Assembly: GCA_009773355.1 (NCBI GenBank)
Contig: WRPG01000002.1
Location: 64,391-128,390 of the forward strand
DNA from: Limisphaerales bacterium
GTDB lineage: Bacteria > Verrucomicrobiota > Verrucomicrobiia > Limisphaerales > SXTU01
Direction: 5' to 3'
Length of the DNA: 64,000 bases
Shown here: piece after piece, positions 44,464 to 54,671 of the stretch
How positions within the stretch are numbered: position 1 is the first letter of the stretch
Layout: every line of letters starts with the position of its first letter
Program-made: the position numbers and the translations under genes
The notes under the pieces: generated by a model
Database searches by the model: none
Told to the model about the DNA's origin: nothing
The model's input: only the letters and a program-made list of their open reading frames with translations

Positions 44464-44539
44464 GTAGCTCGACATTCCAATGTCGAGACCAGCCCGTCCA
44501 TCCCGCGCCGCCGCACTCGACATTGGAATGTCGAGCTAC
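44464..44539. repeat. REP/MITE-like double palindrome, same family as 1634-1697
   Basis: GTAGCTCGACATTCCAATGTCGAGAC ... CACTCGACATTGGAATGTCGAGCTAC. Confidence 0.7.
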
Positions 44540-44658
44540 CTTGGCGGTGTCACCCGGCTACACGAGCCGCAGTCATCAGCGTGCGGTTAGACCCCGGCAA
44601 GGCTGACTGAATCCGAGCGGCTGGACATGGCCCACGGCTGACTGCGTTTCCAAGAACG

Positions 44659-44730
44659 CGGTAGGGCTGCGCTGCGCGCGGCCTCGTGGCTCTAAACGGA
44701 TTCACAAGGCCGACCACAGGTCGGCCCTAC
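44659..44730. repeat. palindromic intergenic element
   Basis: GGTAGGGC (44659-44666) pairs with GCCCTACC (44723-44730). Inner hairpin GGCCGACC-aca-GGTCGGCC (44707-44725). Confidence 0.55.
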
Positions 44731-44879
44731 CATGCGGTTGCGGCCCCTGAACCGGGGAGCTATGCCGCCATAAATCTTTTTCACGCACAGCGATTTGACA
44801 GGCGCGCGACTTGTGCAACTTTCTTCCCAAGCCCGCAACTCACTCGTTCATCAACATGACCGTTTAACCCATCACTACC

Positions 44880-45869
44880 ATGCCTATCACCGGACCAGGA
44901 TCGTTTGTGCCCTGTCTAAACCTCTTCCTGCCTCACTATGAGCAGGTCAACACCACGCTCGGTGCGGGCGGGCCGCTCGTGCTGCGCAACCCGAACGGCC
45001 CCGTGCCGCCCACGCTCAACCGCGCGAATCTCGAGACGTGGCGCAATGATCTCCAGACCCAGCACACGGCCATCGAGGGCCAGATCAATGATTGGGAAAT
45101 CGCCGGGGCGGACCTCATGGACATGAAGGTGGCGCTGCACCTGCGCGCGGGGCAGTTCAATGAGAAGGTGCGCAGCCAACTGGCCGGGACGCATTTCGAG
45201 CGGGCCTTGCCGGTGCTGCCTTCGCCCACGGACGGGCAGGCGCTGTTCATGAAGCCGATGGATGACATCAGCACGCTCTGGGCAAAGATCAACGCGGCGG
45301 TGGGCATCCCCGGCTTCACCGCGCCGCTGCTGTTGATGGGCGGCTACACGCTCGCGGAGTTCGACACGGCGCTGGGCTTGTTGCGCGGGCAGTTCCCCAC
45401 CACGACGCGCGCGGAGTTCCTGGTGAGTTACAAAATCGAGGAGCGCAACGCGATTCAGAAGCTGGTGTATCCCACGCTCAAGGCGTATCGCCTCGCGGTG
45501 CCCACGTTCTTCGCCGCGGACAGCCCGCTGGTGCTCACGCTCCCCAAACTAACCCCCGATCCCGGCTCGACGCCTGACCCGGTGAACGCGACGGGCATCT
45601 GGAACGCCCCGACGACGCAGGCGAAAATCACCTGGACGCTCTCGCCCGCCGCCGACCTGGAGAAGTATGAGATTCGCTGGAGTCCGGGCAGCACGTATCA
45701 GTCGGAGAACGAGGTGGTCATCGGGACGGTGGCGGCGGGCGGCACACTGGAGTTCTTCACGGCGCAAGGGCTGGGGCAGGTCGGGGCGGTGAGTGTCTTC
45801 AAGGTGTATGTGCTCACCACCACCGGCAACGAGCGCGGCTCGAACGTGGTGAAGATTACGAGGCCGTAA
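44880..45869 (+). CDS. hypothetical protein with a C-terminal FN3-like domain
   Basis: Host-like GC. C-terminus ..KITWTLSPAADLEKYEIRWSPGSTYQSENEVVIG..VFKVYVLTTTGNERGS. Confidence 0.55.
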   Translation: MPITGPGSFVPCLNLFLPHYEQVNTTLGAGGPLVLRNPNGPVPPTLNRANLETWRNDLQTQHTAIEGQINDWEIAGADLMDMKVALHLRAGQFNEKVRSQLAGTHFERALPVLPSPTDGQALFMKPMDDISTLWAKINAAVGIPGFTAPLLLMGGYTLAEFDTALGLLRGQFPTTTRAEFLVSYKIEERNAIQKLVYPTLKAYRLAVPTFFAADSPLVLTLPKLTPDPGSTPDPVNATGIWNAPTTQAKITWTLSPAADLEKYEIRWSPGSTYQSENEVVIGTVAAGGTLEFFTAQGLGQVGAVSVFKVYVLTTTGNERGSNVVKITRP

Positions 45870-45890
45870 TCCACGGTGGACTTTTCGCCT

Positions 45891-46136
45891 CCCTCTCCCT
45901 TCATCGGATGAGGGGAGAGGGCCGGGGTGAGGGGTTGCGTCGGCTGGCGTTCGCGGCCGCACCCCTCATCCGGCCTTCGGCCACCTTCTCCCCTCGCTCC
46001 GCGAAGGGAGAAGGCTCGCGTTCGCGGCTGGTCGTTCAGTTCGCACGGCTTCTCTTGCTCTTAATCTTACTCGTAATCCTGCTCTCTTGCAGGGACGCAG
46101 GGGACTTGGAGCAGGATTAAGATTAAGATTACGAGC
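45891..46136. repeat. cluster of palindromic elements between convergent genes (probable bidirectional terminator or REP)
   Basis: CCCTCTCCCTTCATC/GATGAGGGGAGAGGG (45891-45921). Imperfect inverted repeat built of TAATCYT units (46059-46085 against 46109-46136). Confidence 0.55.
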
Positions 46137-46150
46137 AGGCGGGACGAGCG

Positions 46151-47452
46151 TCAGATGAACTTCGTCACGCCCGGCACGGCGATGGGGGAGGGCGGGGGCT
46201 TGGCGTCCCAGGTGTAGCCGTCGGGGGAGAGGTTTTCCTTGGAGTTGAGGGCTTGTTCCCAGGTGATTTGCTGACCGGTGTAGGTGGCCATGCGGCCCAT
46301 GATGGCCATGAGCGTGCTCCGGCACATGTAGTCGCCGTTGTTGATGGGCTGGCCCCGGCGGATGCTGGCGAAGAGTTCGTCATGCTCGGTCTGGTAGATG
46401 TTGTTCTTCACCCCGTCGTAGGTCCACTTGTCGGCGGTTTCGAGGACGAGGCCGCGGTCGCGCTCGGCGAGGCGGGCGATGCCTTTCTCGCCGGCGACGT
46501 GGACGGAGATGTCGCCGCGAAGTCCGCTCTGCTGGCGGCAGTAGGCGTGCAGGCGCGGGCCGCTGGCGAATTCGTAGATGACGGAGTGGTGGTCGTAGAT
46601 GTTGCCGAATTCCTCGCCGGTGCGCTGGGCGCGTCCGCCCAGGCCCATCGCGGTGGCGGGATACTCGCCGTTCATCACCCACGCGCAGACGTCGAGCATG
46701 TGGACGTGCTGCTCGACGTTGAAGTCGCCGGAGAGCCAGGTGAAGTAATACCAGTTGCGCAGGTGATACTCCATGTCGGTCTGGCCGGGCTGGCGGGGCT
46801 TGACCCAGATGGGGCCGCGAAAGTCGTTGGCCTGGAGGGTGCGCAGCTTGCCGAGCGCGCCAGTGTGGATGCGCTTGATGATTTCCTGGAAGCCGTGGGA
46901 GTAACGGATGCAGAGGCCGCTGACGACGGCGAGTTTCTTGCGCCGCGCCTCCTCGCAAGTGGCGAGCACGGAGCGCACGCCGGGCGCGTCCACGGCCACG
47001 GGCTTCTCGGCGAAGACGTGCTTGCCAGCGTCAATCGCGGCCTTGATGTGGATGGGGCGGAAGTGGGGCGGAGTCGTGAGCAGCACCACGTCCACGCCGC
47101 TGGCGATGACTTTCTGGTAGGCGTCGAGGCCGACGAAGCGGCGCGTCTCCGGCACATCAATCTTGTCGGCGATTTCTTTCTGCTTGCCGAGCGTTTCGAG
47201 GCTGAGGTCAAGGCGGTCGCGGAAGGCGTCGCCCACGGCGACGAGCTTGACGTTCGAGTCGGCGGCAAGCGCTTGCGACGCCGCGCCGGTGCCGCGTCCG
47301 CCGCAGCCGATGAGGCCGATGCGGAGGAGGCTGCTGTTGGCAACGGGCGCGTTCTGCGCGGACAAGTCGCGCGCGGCGAGCGTGCCGGCGGCAGCGGCGG
47401 CGCTGGAGGACTGGAGGAACTGGCGGCGGGAGAGGTCGGCGGGGGTTTTCAT
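46151..47452 (-). CDS. Gfo/Idh/MocA-family oxidoreductase, Tat signal
   Basis: MKTPADLSRRQFLQSSSAAAAAGTL. Rossmann motif IGLIGCGGRGTGAA. EKPVAVD. ATG at 47452. Confidence 0.85.
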   Translation of the reverse strand: MKTPADLSRRQFLQSSSAAAAAGTLAARDLSAQNAPVANSSLLRIGLIGCGGRGTGAASQALAADSNVKLVAVGDAFRDRLDLSLETLGKQKEIADKIDVPETRRFVGLDAYQKVIASGVDVVLLTTPPHFRPIHIKAAIDAGKHVFAEKPVAVDAPGVRSVLATCEEARRKKLAVVSGLCIRYSHGFQEIIKRIHTGALGKLRTLQANDFRGPIWVKPRQPGQTDMEYHLRNWYYFTWLSGDFNVEQHVHMLDVCAWVMNGEYPATAMGLGGRAQRTGEEFGNIYDHHSVIYEFASGPRLHAYCRQQSGLRGDISVHVAGEKGIARLAERDRGLVLETADKWTYDGVKNNIYQTEHDELFASIRRGQPINNGDYMCRSTLMAIMGRMATYTGQQITWEQALNSKENLSPDGYTWDAKPPPSPIAVPGVTKFI

Positions 47453-47644
47453 GCGCGGGTGTGTGTGGCGATGGTGGAGAGTCTGTGTTGGTTGACGCTG
47501 GCTGGGCCAGTGCATTCGGCTGCGGGTGGCGGCTGGGCGGTTGACGGCGGCCACGGTCAACTCAACACTGTCCGCGTGAACCCGAATTTGCTTCGCACCG
47601 AACTCGCTACTGCGAGGCGACGGATCGTTCGCTGAACTTCAGCC

Positions 47645-48940
47645 ATGAAAATTGCCACCGGCACCACGCTCATCACCAACGGCCAGCTCATTGACGGCAC
47701 GGGCAAGGTGCCGGTGCCAAACGCGTCGCTGGTCATCCGAGACGGGCGTATCGCCTACGCCGGCGCGGCGGTGGACGCGCCCGCGCTGCCGCCTGACACG
47801 GAGAAGATTGACGCGCGCGGTGGCACCATCATGCCGGGGCTGGTCGAGGCGCACTTCCACGCGACGTATTTCAACATCGCCGCGCTCGAAGACCTCGACA
47901 TCAAGTATCCCGTCGAATACGTCTCGCTGCTCTCCTCGGTCAACACGCGGCTCGCGCTGGAATGCGGCTACACGGCGGCGCGCTCGGGTGGCTGTTTGTT
48001 CAACGTGGACGTGTGGCTCAAGAAGGCCATCGAGGAGGATCTCATCGCCGGGCCGCGCCTGGCCACAAGCGGGCGGGAGATTTGCTCCGCCGGCGGCTTG
48101 ATGGACTGGAACCCGGAGTTTCGAAAGATAGGAATGGAGGGATTGGTGTTCATCATCAACGGTGTGGAGGACGCGCGGAAGGCCGTGCGGGCATTGGTCA
48201 AGGACGGCATCGAGTGGGTGAAGACCTACCCCACCGGCGACGCGGCCTCGCCCGACCTCAACGACCATCACACGCTCTGCATGACCTTCGAGGAGATGCA
48301 CGCGGTCGTCGCCACGGCGCACAACCACAAGCTCAAGGTCACCGGCCACTGCCGCGCCACGCAAGGCATCAAGAACGCGTTGCGTGCCGGTTACGACACC
48401 ATCGAGCACGGGACGTTCATTGACGACGAGGGGTTGGAGATGCTGCTCGAGCGCGACGTGCCGTGCATCCCCGCGCTCTACTTCGAGAAGGCCAGCATCG
48501 AGCGCGGGCCGGAGTTCGGTTTGCCGCAGGCGGTGATTGACGGGCATCAGGAGACGCTCGACGGCGGCGCGGAAAGCGCCCGGCGCATCCTGCGCGCGGG
48601 CGGGCGGCTCGGCATGGGCGGCGACTACGGCTTTGGCTGGAACCCGCATGGCGACTACGCGCGCGAGTTGACCTTCTTCGTGAAGGATGTGGGCCTCACG
48701 CCGCTGGAGGTCATCACCTGCGCCACCAAGACCGGCGCGGAAATCATGGGACGCGGCCACGAGTTCGGCACGCTGGAGCCGGGCAAGCTCGCCGACGTGC
48801 TCATCGTGGACGGCGACGTGGCGGCGAACATTGCATTGCTCGAAGACCGCAAGAAGTTCATCGCCGTGATGCAAGGCGGTGTCATCAAGGCCGGGCAACT
48901 GGCGAAGCCCTTTCCCACTGTGGTGAAGCGGGAGAAGTAG
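47645..48940 (+). CDS. amidohydrolase-family metal-dependent hydrolase
   Basis: LVIRDGRIAYAG, PGLVEAHFH, HCRA, IEHG, and C-terminal KLADVLIVDGD. Confidence 0.8.
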   Translation: MKIATGTTLITNGQLIDGTGKVPVPNASLVIRDGRIAYAGAAVDAPALPPDTEKIDARGGTIMPGLVEAHFHATYFNIAALEDLDIKYPVEYVSLLSSVNTRLALECGYTAARSGGCLFNVDVWLKKAIEEDLIAGPRLATSGREICSAGGLMDWNPEFRKIGMEGLVFIINGVEDARKAVRALVKDGIEWVKTYPTGDAASPDLNDHHTLCMTFEEMHAVVATAHNHKLKVTGHCRATQGIKNALRAGYDTIEHGTFIDDEGLEMLLERDVPCIPALYFEKASIERGPEFGLPQAVIDGHQETLDGGAESARRILRAGGRLGMGGDYGFGWNPHGDYARELTFFVKDVGLTPLEVITCATKTGAEIMGRGHEFGTLEPGKLADVLIVDGDVAANIALLEDRKKFIAVMQGGVIKAGQLAKPFPTVVKREK

Positions 48941-48960
48941 TTTTCACAACCCTCCCCCTT

Positions 48961-49503
48961 ATGAAGAAACGCGTCCTGTGCCTTCTGTTCCCCGGCTTCG
49001 AGGAAATCGAAACCGTCGCACCCGTGGACTTGCTGCGCCGCGCGGGTGTCGAGGTTGTGGTGGCCTCGCTCACCGGCGAGATGCTCGTGACCGGTCGCTG
49101 TCAGATCACCGTGCAGGCCGACGCGGCACTGGCCGACGTGGCCGATCAGGACTTCGACCTGCTGCTCATTCCCGGCGGTCCCGGCATCAAGGCCGTGCGC
49201 GCCGACGGACGCGCCGCGAAGCTCGCGCAGGTTTACGCGCAGATGGGCAAGCCCGTCGCCGCCATCTGCGCCGCGCCCACGGTGCTGCTCGACGCCGGTC
49301 TGCTCGCGGGCAAACGCTTCACCTCGCACGCGGGCGTGCTCGCGGAACTTCCCGCCTCGCAAGTGCAGGAGCGCGTGGTCGAAGATGGCAGCCTCATCAC
49401 CTCGCGCGGCGCGGCGACCTCGGTGGAATTCGGCCTCGCACTGGTGCGCCGCCTCTGCGGCGACGCCGCCGTGGCCGAAGTGGCGAAGGGCATCATGGCC
49501 TGA
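48961..49503 (+). CDS. DJ-1/PfpI-family protein
   Basis: LLFPGFEEIETVAPVDLLRRAG, LLIPGGPG, and nucleophile elbow AAICAAP. Confidence 0.85.
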   Translation: MKKRVLCLLFPGFEEIETVAPVDLLRRAGVEVVVASLTGEMLVTGRCQITVQADAALADVADQDFDLLLIPGGPGIKAVRADGRAAKLAQVYAQMGKPVAAICAAPTVLLDAGLLAGKRFTSHAGVLAELPASQVQERVVEDGSLITSRGAATSVEFGLALVRRLCGDAAVAEVAKGIMA

Positions 49504-49588
49504 CCTTGGGTTGGTCCCGGTGTCTCTAACCGGCCCCGCAGCTTGCCCCCGTGAACCAAACGTGGTGGTTTCGCGTCTCTCCCACTGC

Positions 49589-52063
49589 ATGCACCGGCTG
49601 AACCTCGCTCAAACCGCTCGCCTTCGTTCCCAGCGTGTGCGCGAGTTTGGCTGGCGACTGGTGATGGCGGCGTTGGTGAGTGCCTGGCCGGGGACGTTGG
49701 GAACCGAGGCCGCTGGTGCGGCGGCGGACCGGCAGCATCAGGACTTGGTGCGACCGTTTCTCGAACGCCACTGCAAGGAATGCCACAGCGGCGCGAAGCC
49801 CAAAGGCGACTGGCGGCTGGACCAGCTCACGACCGATTTCACAGACAAGGCCGCGCGTGGTCGCTGGGAGAAAGTCTTGGAGCAGCTCCAGACCGGCGAG
49901 ATGCCACCGAAGAAACAGCCGCGTCCGCCGGAATCGGAAGTGCGTGCTGTGACCGGGTGGATTGCCGCGCAAGTCTCGCAGTCGGTCGTTGCGCAGCGCG
50001 CGGCACAGGGCCGTGTCGTTCTGCGTCGCCTCAATCGCACCGAATACGAGAACACTGTGCGCGACCTGCTCGGAGTGCAGACGCCGCTGAAGGATTTGCT
50101 GCCGCAGGATTCTTCTGCCGACGGCTTCGACAATATCGGCGAGGCGCTGCACACGTCGTCCTTCCTGCTCGATAAGTATCTCGAAGCTGCCGACACCGCG
50201 CTGAACCAGGCCATCGCGAACCGTCCGCAGCCCAAGTCCACCAGGACGCGCTACCTGCTCACCGAGTCGCATCAGGTTCGCTCGACGACGGAGAAGGTGT
50301 TCCGCAAGTCCGAGGAAGGCAGCTTGACGCTCTTGAGTTCATCGGCGTGGCAGCAGGTGGGCGTGACGAAGTTTTACCCGCAGGAGCGCGGGCGCTATCG
50401 TTTCACGATGTCGGTGTCAGCCGTGCAGAGTTCCAACCAGCCGGTCGTCTTCCGCGTGTGGTCCGGTTCCGGCGGCATGGGCGGGGCGAAGGGACACCTG
50501 GTGAACTACTTCGACGCGCCGCCGGGCAAGCCGACCATCCTCGAGTTCGTGGACTACATGGAGCCGCGCACCTCGATTTCGATTCTGCCCTACGGCCTCG
50601 CTTCTTCGCAGACGGTCAACAAGGTCGGCGCGGACGCATGGGAAGGGCCGGGGCTGGCGATTGACTGGGTCGAGGTGGAGGGGCCGCTGAACGAGACGTG
50701 GCCGCCGGAAAGCCATCGCCGTCTCTTCGGCGATCTGAAGCAAGACCCCGCGCCCATCTACAACCAGCGCGACCGCGTGGACGTCATCTCCAGCGAACCG
50801 CTCGCGGACGCCGACCGCATCCTGCGGCAGTTTGCCCGACGGGCCTTCCGTCGCAGCGTGACCGACGCCGACGTGAAGCCGTTTGTCGCGCTCGTCGAGG
50901 CGAAGCTGGCGGAGCAGCGCACCTTCGAGCAGGCCGTGCGCGCCGCGCTGTCCGCTGTGCTCGTCTCGCCGGAGTTTCTCTTCCTGCGCGAGCAGCCCGG
51001 GAAGCTGGACGATTTCGCGCTGGCATCGCGACTGAGTTACTTCCTCTGGAGCACGCTTCCAGATGAGGAGCTGCTTGCGCTCGCCGAGCAGAAGAAGCTC
51101 ACGCAGCCGGCGACGTTGCGCGCGCAGGTCGAGCGGCTGCTGAACCACCCGAAGGCCAGGGCCTTCACCGAGAACTTCACCGGCCAGTGGCTTGGGCTGC
51201 GGGACATTGATTTCACGATGCCCAGCCACCTTCACTACCCGGAGTTCGACGACATGCTCAAGGTCTCGATGGTGCGCGAAACCGAACTCTTCTTCACCGA
51301 AGTCCTGCGGCACGACCTGAGCCTCACGAACTTCGTCGCGTCGGACTTCACCATGCTCAATGGCCGGCTCGCGAAGCACTACGGCATCCCGGGCGTGAGC
51401 GGCTTCGAGTTTCGCAGGGTGAAGCTGCCGCCCGACAGCCATCGCGGCGGCGTTCTGACGATGGCCAGCGTGCTCAAGGTCACGGCCAACGGCACGACCA
51501 CTTCGCCCGTGCTGCGTGGCGCGTGGGTGCTCGACCGCATCCTCGGCACGCCGCCGCCCAAACCGCCCGACAACGTCGGCACGCTCGAACCCGACACGCG
51601 CGGCACCCGGAACATCCGTGAGCAGCTCGCCAAACACCGGCAACTGGAGTCGTGCGCGAACTGTCATGTGAAGATGGACCCGCCGGGCTTCGCGCTGGAG
51701 AGCTTCGATGTGATTGGCGGCTGGCGGGAGTTCTACCGCACGAGCGGCAACGGCAAGCCGGTGACGATTGATGGCCGCCGGATGCCCTATCTCCACGGCC
51801 CGAGGGTGGACCCCTCCGACATGTTGGCCGATGGCCGCGCCTTCCGGGACGTTGACGACTTGAAGCGGCTGCTCCTGACGGACAAGGACCAAATTGCCCG
51901 CGCGCTGACCAGGAAGTTGCTGACCTACGCCACCGGCCACGGACTGGAACCCGCCGACTCGCCCGCTGTGGAGGCCATCGTTCGGCAGGTGAAGGAGAGG
52001 AACCACGGATTCAGGTCGCTGGTTGCGGGAGTGGTGGCGAGCGAGCTGTTTCAGAGCAAGTGA
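49589..52063 (+). CDS. DUF1587/DUF1592/DUF1595/DUF1588/DUF1585-type protein with an N-terminal cytochrome-c-like CxxCH
   Basis: FLERHCKECHSG. GEMPPKK. RLNRTEYENTVRDLLG. FLFLRE. FTENFTGQWLGLRD. CANCHVKMDPPGFALESFDVIGGWR. Confidence 0.85.
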   Translation: MHRLNLAQTARLRSQRVREFGWRLVMAALVSAWPGTLGTEAAGAAADRQHQDLVRPFLERHCKECHSGAKPKGDWRLDQLTTDFTDKAARGRWEKVLEQLQTGEMPPKKQPRPPESEVRAVTGWIAAQVSQSVVAQRAAQGRVVLRRLNRTEYENTVRDLLGVQTPLKDLLPQDSSADGFDNIGEALHTSSFLLDKYLEAADTALNQAIANRPQPKSTRTRYLLTESHQVRSTTEKVFRKSEEGSLTLLSSSAWQQVGVTKFYPQERGRYRFTMSVSAVQSSNQPVVFRVWSGSGGMGGAKGHLVNYFDAPPGKPTILEFVDYMEPRTSISILPYGLASSQTVNKVGADAWEGPGLAIDWVEVEGPLNETWPPESHRRLFGDLKQDPAPIYNQRDRVDVISSEPLADADRILRQFARRAFRRSVTDADVKPFVALVEAKLAEQRTFEQAVRAALSAVLVSPEFLFLREQPGKLDDFALASRLSYFLWSTLPDEELLALAEQKKLTQPATLRAQVERLLNHPKARAFTENFTGQWLGLRDIDFTMPSHLHYPEFDDMLKVSMVRETELFFTEVLRHDLSLTNFVASDFTMLNGRLAKHYGIPGVSGFEFRRVKLPPDSHRGGVLTMASVLKVTANGTTTSPVLRGAWVLDRILGTPPPKPPDNVGTLEPDTRGTRNIREQLAKHRQLESCANCHVKMDPPGFALESFDVIGGWREFYRTSGNGKPVTIDGRRMPYLHGPRVDPSDMLADGRAFRDVDDLKRLLLTDKDQIARALTRKLLTYATGHGLEPADSPAVEAIVRQVKERNHGFRSLVAGVVASELFQSK

Positions 52064-52183
52064 GGGAGGCCGGAGGGCGAGGGGCCGGCAGCGGCTCGCG
52101 CGACTGCCCGGACTTTTCTGTGTTCAAGCTTGCTGCCGCCACTGGCATTCCCGAAACTTGCCGCGTTGCACCCCGCTTCATCA

Positions 52184-53161
52184 ATGCGTCTCGCCTCGGT
52201 TCTCACGCCGTTGAACGACTATCACCTCGCGCTGGCGGCGCAGTGCGGCGTGGAGGACATCACGGTGCGCTATCCCGGCCCTGACCCGGAGAACCTCCTG
52301 CGACAACAGCGGCAGATCGAGGCGCACGGGCTGAGGCTCGCCATCGTGGAGGGCTGCCTGCCCATCGAGCGCCTCAAGCTCGGGCGTGACGACGGCTCCG
52401 AGCTGGCCGCTATGAAGTCGCTCATCCGCCAGATGGGCCGGCTTGGCATACCCATTCTTTGCTACAACTTCATGGCCGGCACCGACTGGGTGCGGACGCG
52501 GCTGGACGCGCCGGAGCGCGGCGGCGCGCGCGTGACGGAGTTCGACCTCGCGGCGGCGGAACGCGCGGTGTCCCTGAGCGCCACGGCCAGCACCATTGGC
52601 AACGACCGCATCGCGGCGGAGGAACTTTGGGCGAACCTGGAGCGGCTGCTGCGCGAGCTGGTGCCTGTCGCCGAAGAATGCGGCGTGTTCCTCGCGATGC
52701 ACCCGGACGACCCGCCGTTGCCCGAGTTCCAGGGCAAGGCGCGCATCATGAACTCGGTCGAGAACTTCGAGCGCCTCGTGCGGCTCGTGCCCAGCGCGCA
52801 CAACGGCATTTGCTTCTGCCAGGGCACCTTCGCCGCGATGGGCGTGGACATTCCTGCCACCATCCGCCGGCTCGGCCCGCACATCCGCTACGTCCACTTC
52901 CGCGACGTGCGCGCGACCGGCCCCGGCCACTTCGTCGAGACCTTCCACGACAACGGCCCGACCGACATGGTCGCCGCAATGGCCGCGTATCGTGAAGCGG
53001 GCTTCGCCGGCCCGATGCGGCCCGACCACGTTCCGCAGCTCGTCGGCGAGGAGAACGGTGAGCCGGGCTACACGATGCTGGGCCGCCTCTTCGCCTACGG
53101 CTACATGAGAGGACTGATGCAATCGGCGGAGAAGTTCGTCCGAGTTCCCAGCCAATCCTAG
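52184..53161 (+). CDS. uxuA: mannonate dehydratase-like TIM-barrel enzyme
   Basis: ILCYNFMAGTDWVRT resembles the UxuA YNFMPV.DWTRT motif. IRYVHFRDV. An MFS hexuronate-type transporter lies downstream. Confidence 0.65.
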   Translation: MRLASVLTPLNDYHLALAAQCGVEDITVRYPGPDPENLLRQQRQIEAHGLRLAIVEGCLPIERLKLGRDDGSELAAMKSLIRQMGRLGIPILCYNFMAGTDWVRTRLDAPERGGARVTEFDLAAAERAVSLSATASTIGNDRIAAEELWANLERLLRELVPVAEECGVFLAMHPDDPPLPEFQGKARIMNSVENFERLVRLVPSAHNGICFCQGTFAAMGVDIPATIRRLGPHIRYVHFRDVRATGPGHFVETFHDNGPTDMVAAMAAYREAGFAGPMRPDHVPQLVGEENGEPGYTMLGRLFAYGYMRGLMQSAEKFVRVPSQS

Positions 53162-53187
53162 AACGCGCGCGCCCGCCCCACTCTTTC

Positions 53188-54486
53188 ATGTCCGCCTCCG
53201 CCCCCACCAACATCCGCCACCGCATCATCGCCGTCAGCATGTTGATGGCGTTCATCCTTTATCTCGACCGCATCTGTCTCGCCGAGATCGTGAAGTCGGC
53301 ATCGTTCAAGACCGACCTGCCGCTCACGAAGGAGGAGATTGGCCGCATTCTCGGCGCGTTCTTCTTCTCCTACGCCATCTTTCAGGTTCCCACCGGCTGG
53401 GCCAGCGACCGCTTCGGCGCGCGCAAGATGCTCACCGCCTACATCGTGCTTTGGTCGCTCTTCACCGGCCTTACTGGCTTCATGTCCAGCTTTGCCGGGC
53501 TGCTCGTCATGCGGCTGCTGTGCGGCGCGGCGGAGGCCGGCGCGTATCCGACCAGCGGCGCGATCATCCGGCGCTGGATTCCGTTGCAGTCCCGCGCCCG
53601 TTCCAGCGCGCTGGTGGCGTTCGGCGGGCGCATCGGCGGCACCCTCGCCCCCTTCATCACGGCGTGGATGGTGATCGAGCTTGGGCACTGGCGGCGGCCG
53701 CTGTGGATTGACGGGGCCGTGGGGCTGGTCATCGCCGTCATCTACTGGCGCGTGGTGCGCGACCGGCCCGAGGAGCACCCCGATTGCAACGAGGCCGAGC
53801 GCGCAATCATCGGCCAGCCCCCCGTCGAGCCGCCCGTTCCCACCCGTGAATTCATCGCCATGCTCGGCGCGTTCTGCCGCAGCCGCAGCCTCTGGCTCAA
53901 CTCGGTCGGGCAGCTCTTCACCAACATCGGCTGGGCCTTCCTCATCACCTGGCTGCCCACGTATCTTAAGGAGCAGAAGGGCGTCGAGGACATCGCCGGC
54001 GGGCGGATGGTCACGCTGGTGCTGGCGTTCGGCATGATCGGCCAGCTCGTGGGCGGCTGGCTCGCGGACTTGAGCGTGCGGCGCTTCGGCCTGCGCTGGG
54101 GCCGCGTCCTCCCGATGTTTGCCGGCGGCTGCCTGGGCGGCTCCGCCTACTTGGTGTGCCTCACGCAAGACTCGGCGTGGGGCGTCATTGCCTGCTGTTG
54201 CATGGTGTCGTTCGCCGTGGACATGGGCAATCCAGCCACCTGGGCCTTCATGCAGGACGTGGGCGGACGCGCGACCGCCGCCGCGTTCGGCTGGGGCAAC
54301 ATGTGGGGCAACTTCGGCGCGTCCGCGATCTCCATGCTCGTCCCGCTGCTGCTCGAGCTGGGCAAGAGCGGCGGGACCGGCCAGCGCAACGTCTTCCTCC
54401 TCTGCGCCGGATCGCTCTTCCTCTACGGCTTCATTGCCCTCGGCATGGACGCCACGAAATCCGTGCTGAAGCCGGCGACGACCTGA
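53188..54486 (+). CDS. MFS transporter (ACS/hexuronate-type)
   Basis: 12 TM pattern. GWASDRFGARKM (MFS motif A). LLCGAAEAGAYP. Confidence 0.85.
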   Translation: MSASAPTNIRHRIIAVSMLMAFILYLDRICLAEIVKSASFKTDLPLTKEEIGRILGAFFFSYAIFQVPTGWASDRFGARKMLTAYIVLWSLFTGLTGFMSSFAGLLVMRLLCGAAEAGAYPTSGAIIRRWIPLQSRARSSALVAFGGRIGGTLAPFITAWMVIELGHWRRPLWIDGAVGLVIAVIYWRVVRDRPEEHPDCNEAERAIIGQPPVEPPVPTREFIAMLGAFCRSRSLWLNSVGQLFTNIGWAFLITWLPTYLKEQKGVEDIAGGRMVTLVLAFGMIGQLVGGWLADLSVRRFGLRWGRVLPMFAGGCLGGSAYLVCLTQDSAWGVIACCCMVSFAVDMGNPATWAFMQDVGGRATAAAFGWGNMWGNFGASAISMLVPLLLELGKSGGTGQRNVFLLCAGSLFLYGFIALGMDATKSVLKPATT

Positions 54487-54671
54487 GCGGAATCGCCGCG
54501 TTCTCGCCGGCTGTTTGACAGGTGGTCACGCGGGGAAGGAGGTTCCAACTCCGGTTTCACCAGCCGCCATGTGCGCTCACAGAAGGCCGGCTTCTGGCGC
54601 GGTGCAAGCGCCATGATACTTTGCCGCCCGACTGGATCAGGCTGACGGGAGGCGTAGCGTTGCATTGGGAT

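Noticed and set aside
44418-44606. ORF 44418-44606 and other short ORFs in the 44.1-44.9 kb gap as disrupted host gene fragments.
   Set aside because: The translations are dominated by the palindromic REP-like repeats (CRDQPVHP..STLECRAT) and have no family resemblance. The region is better explained as repeat-rich non-coding DNA.
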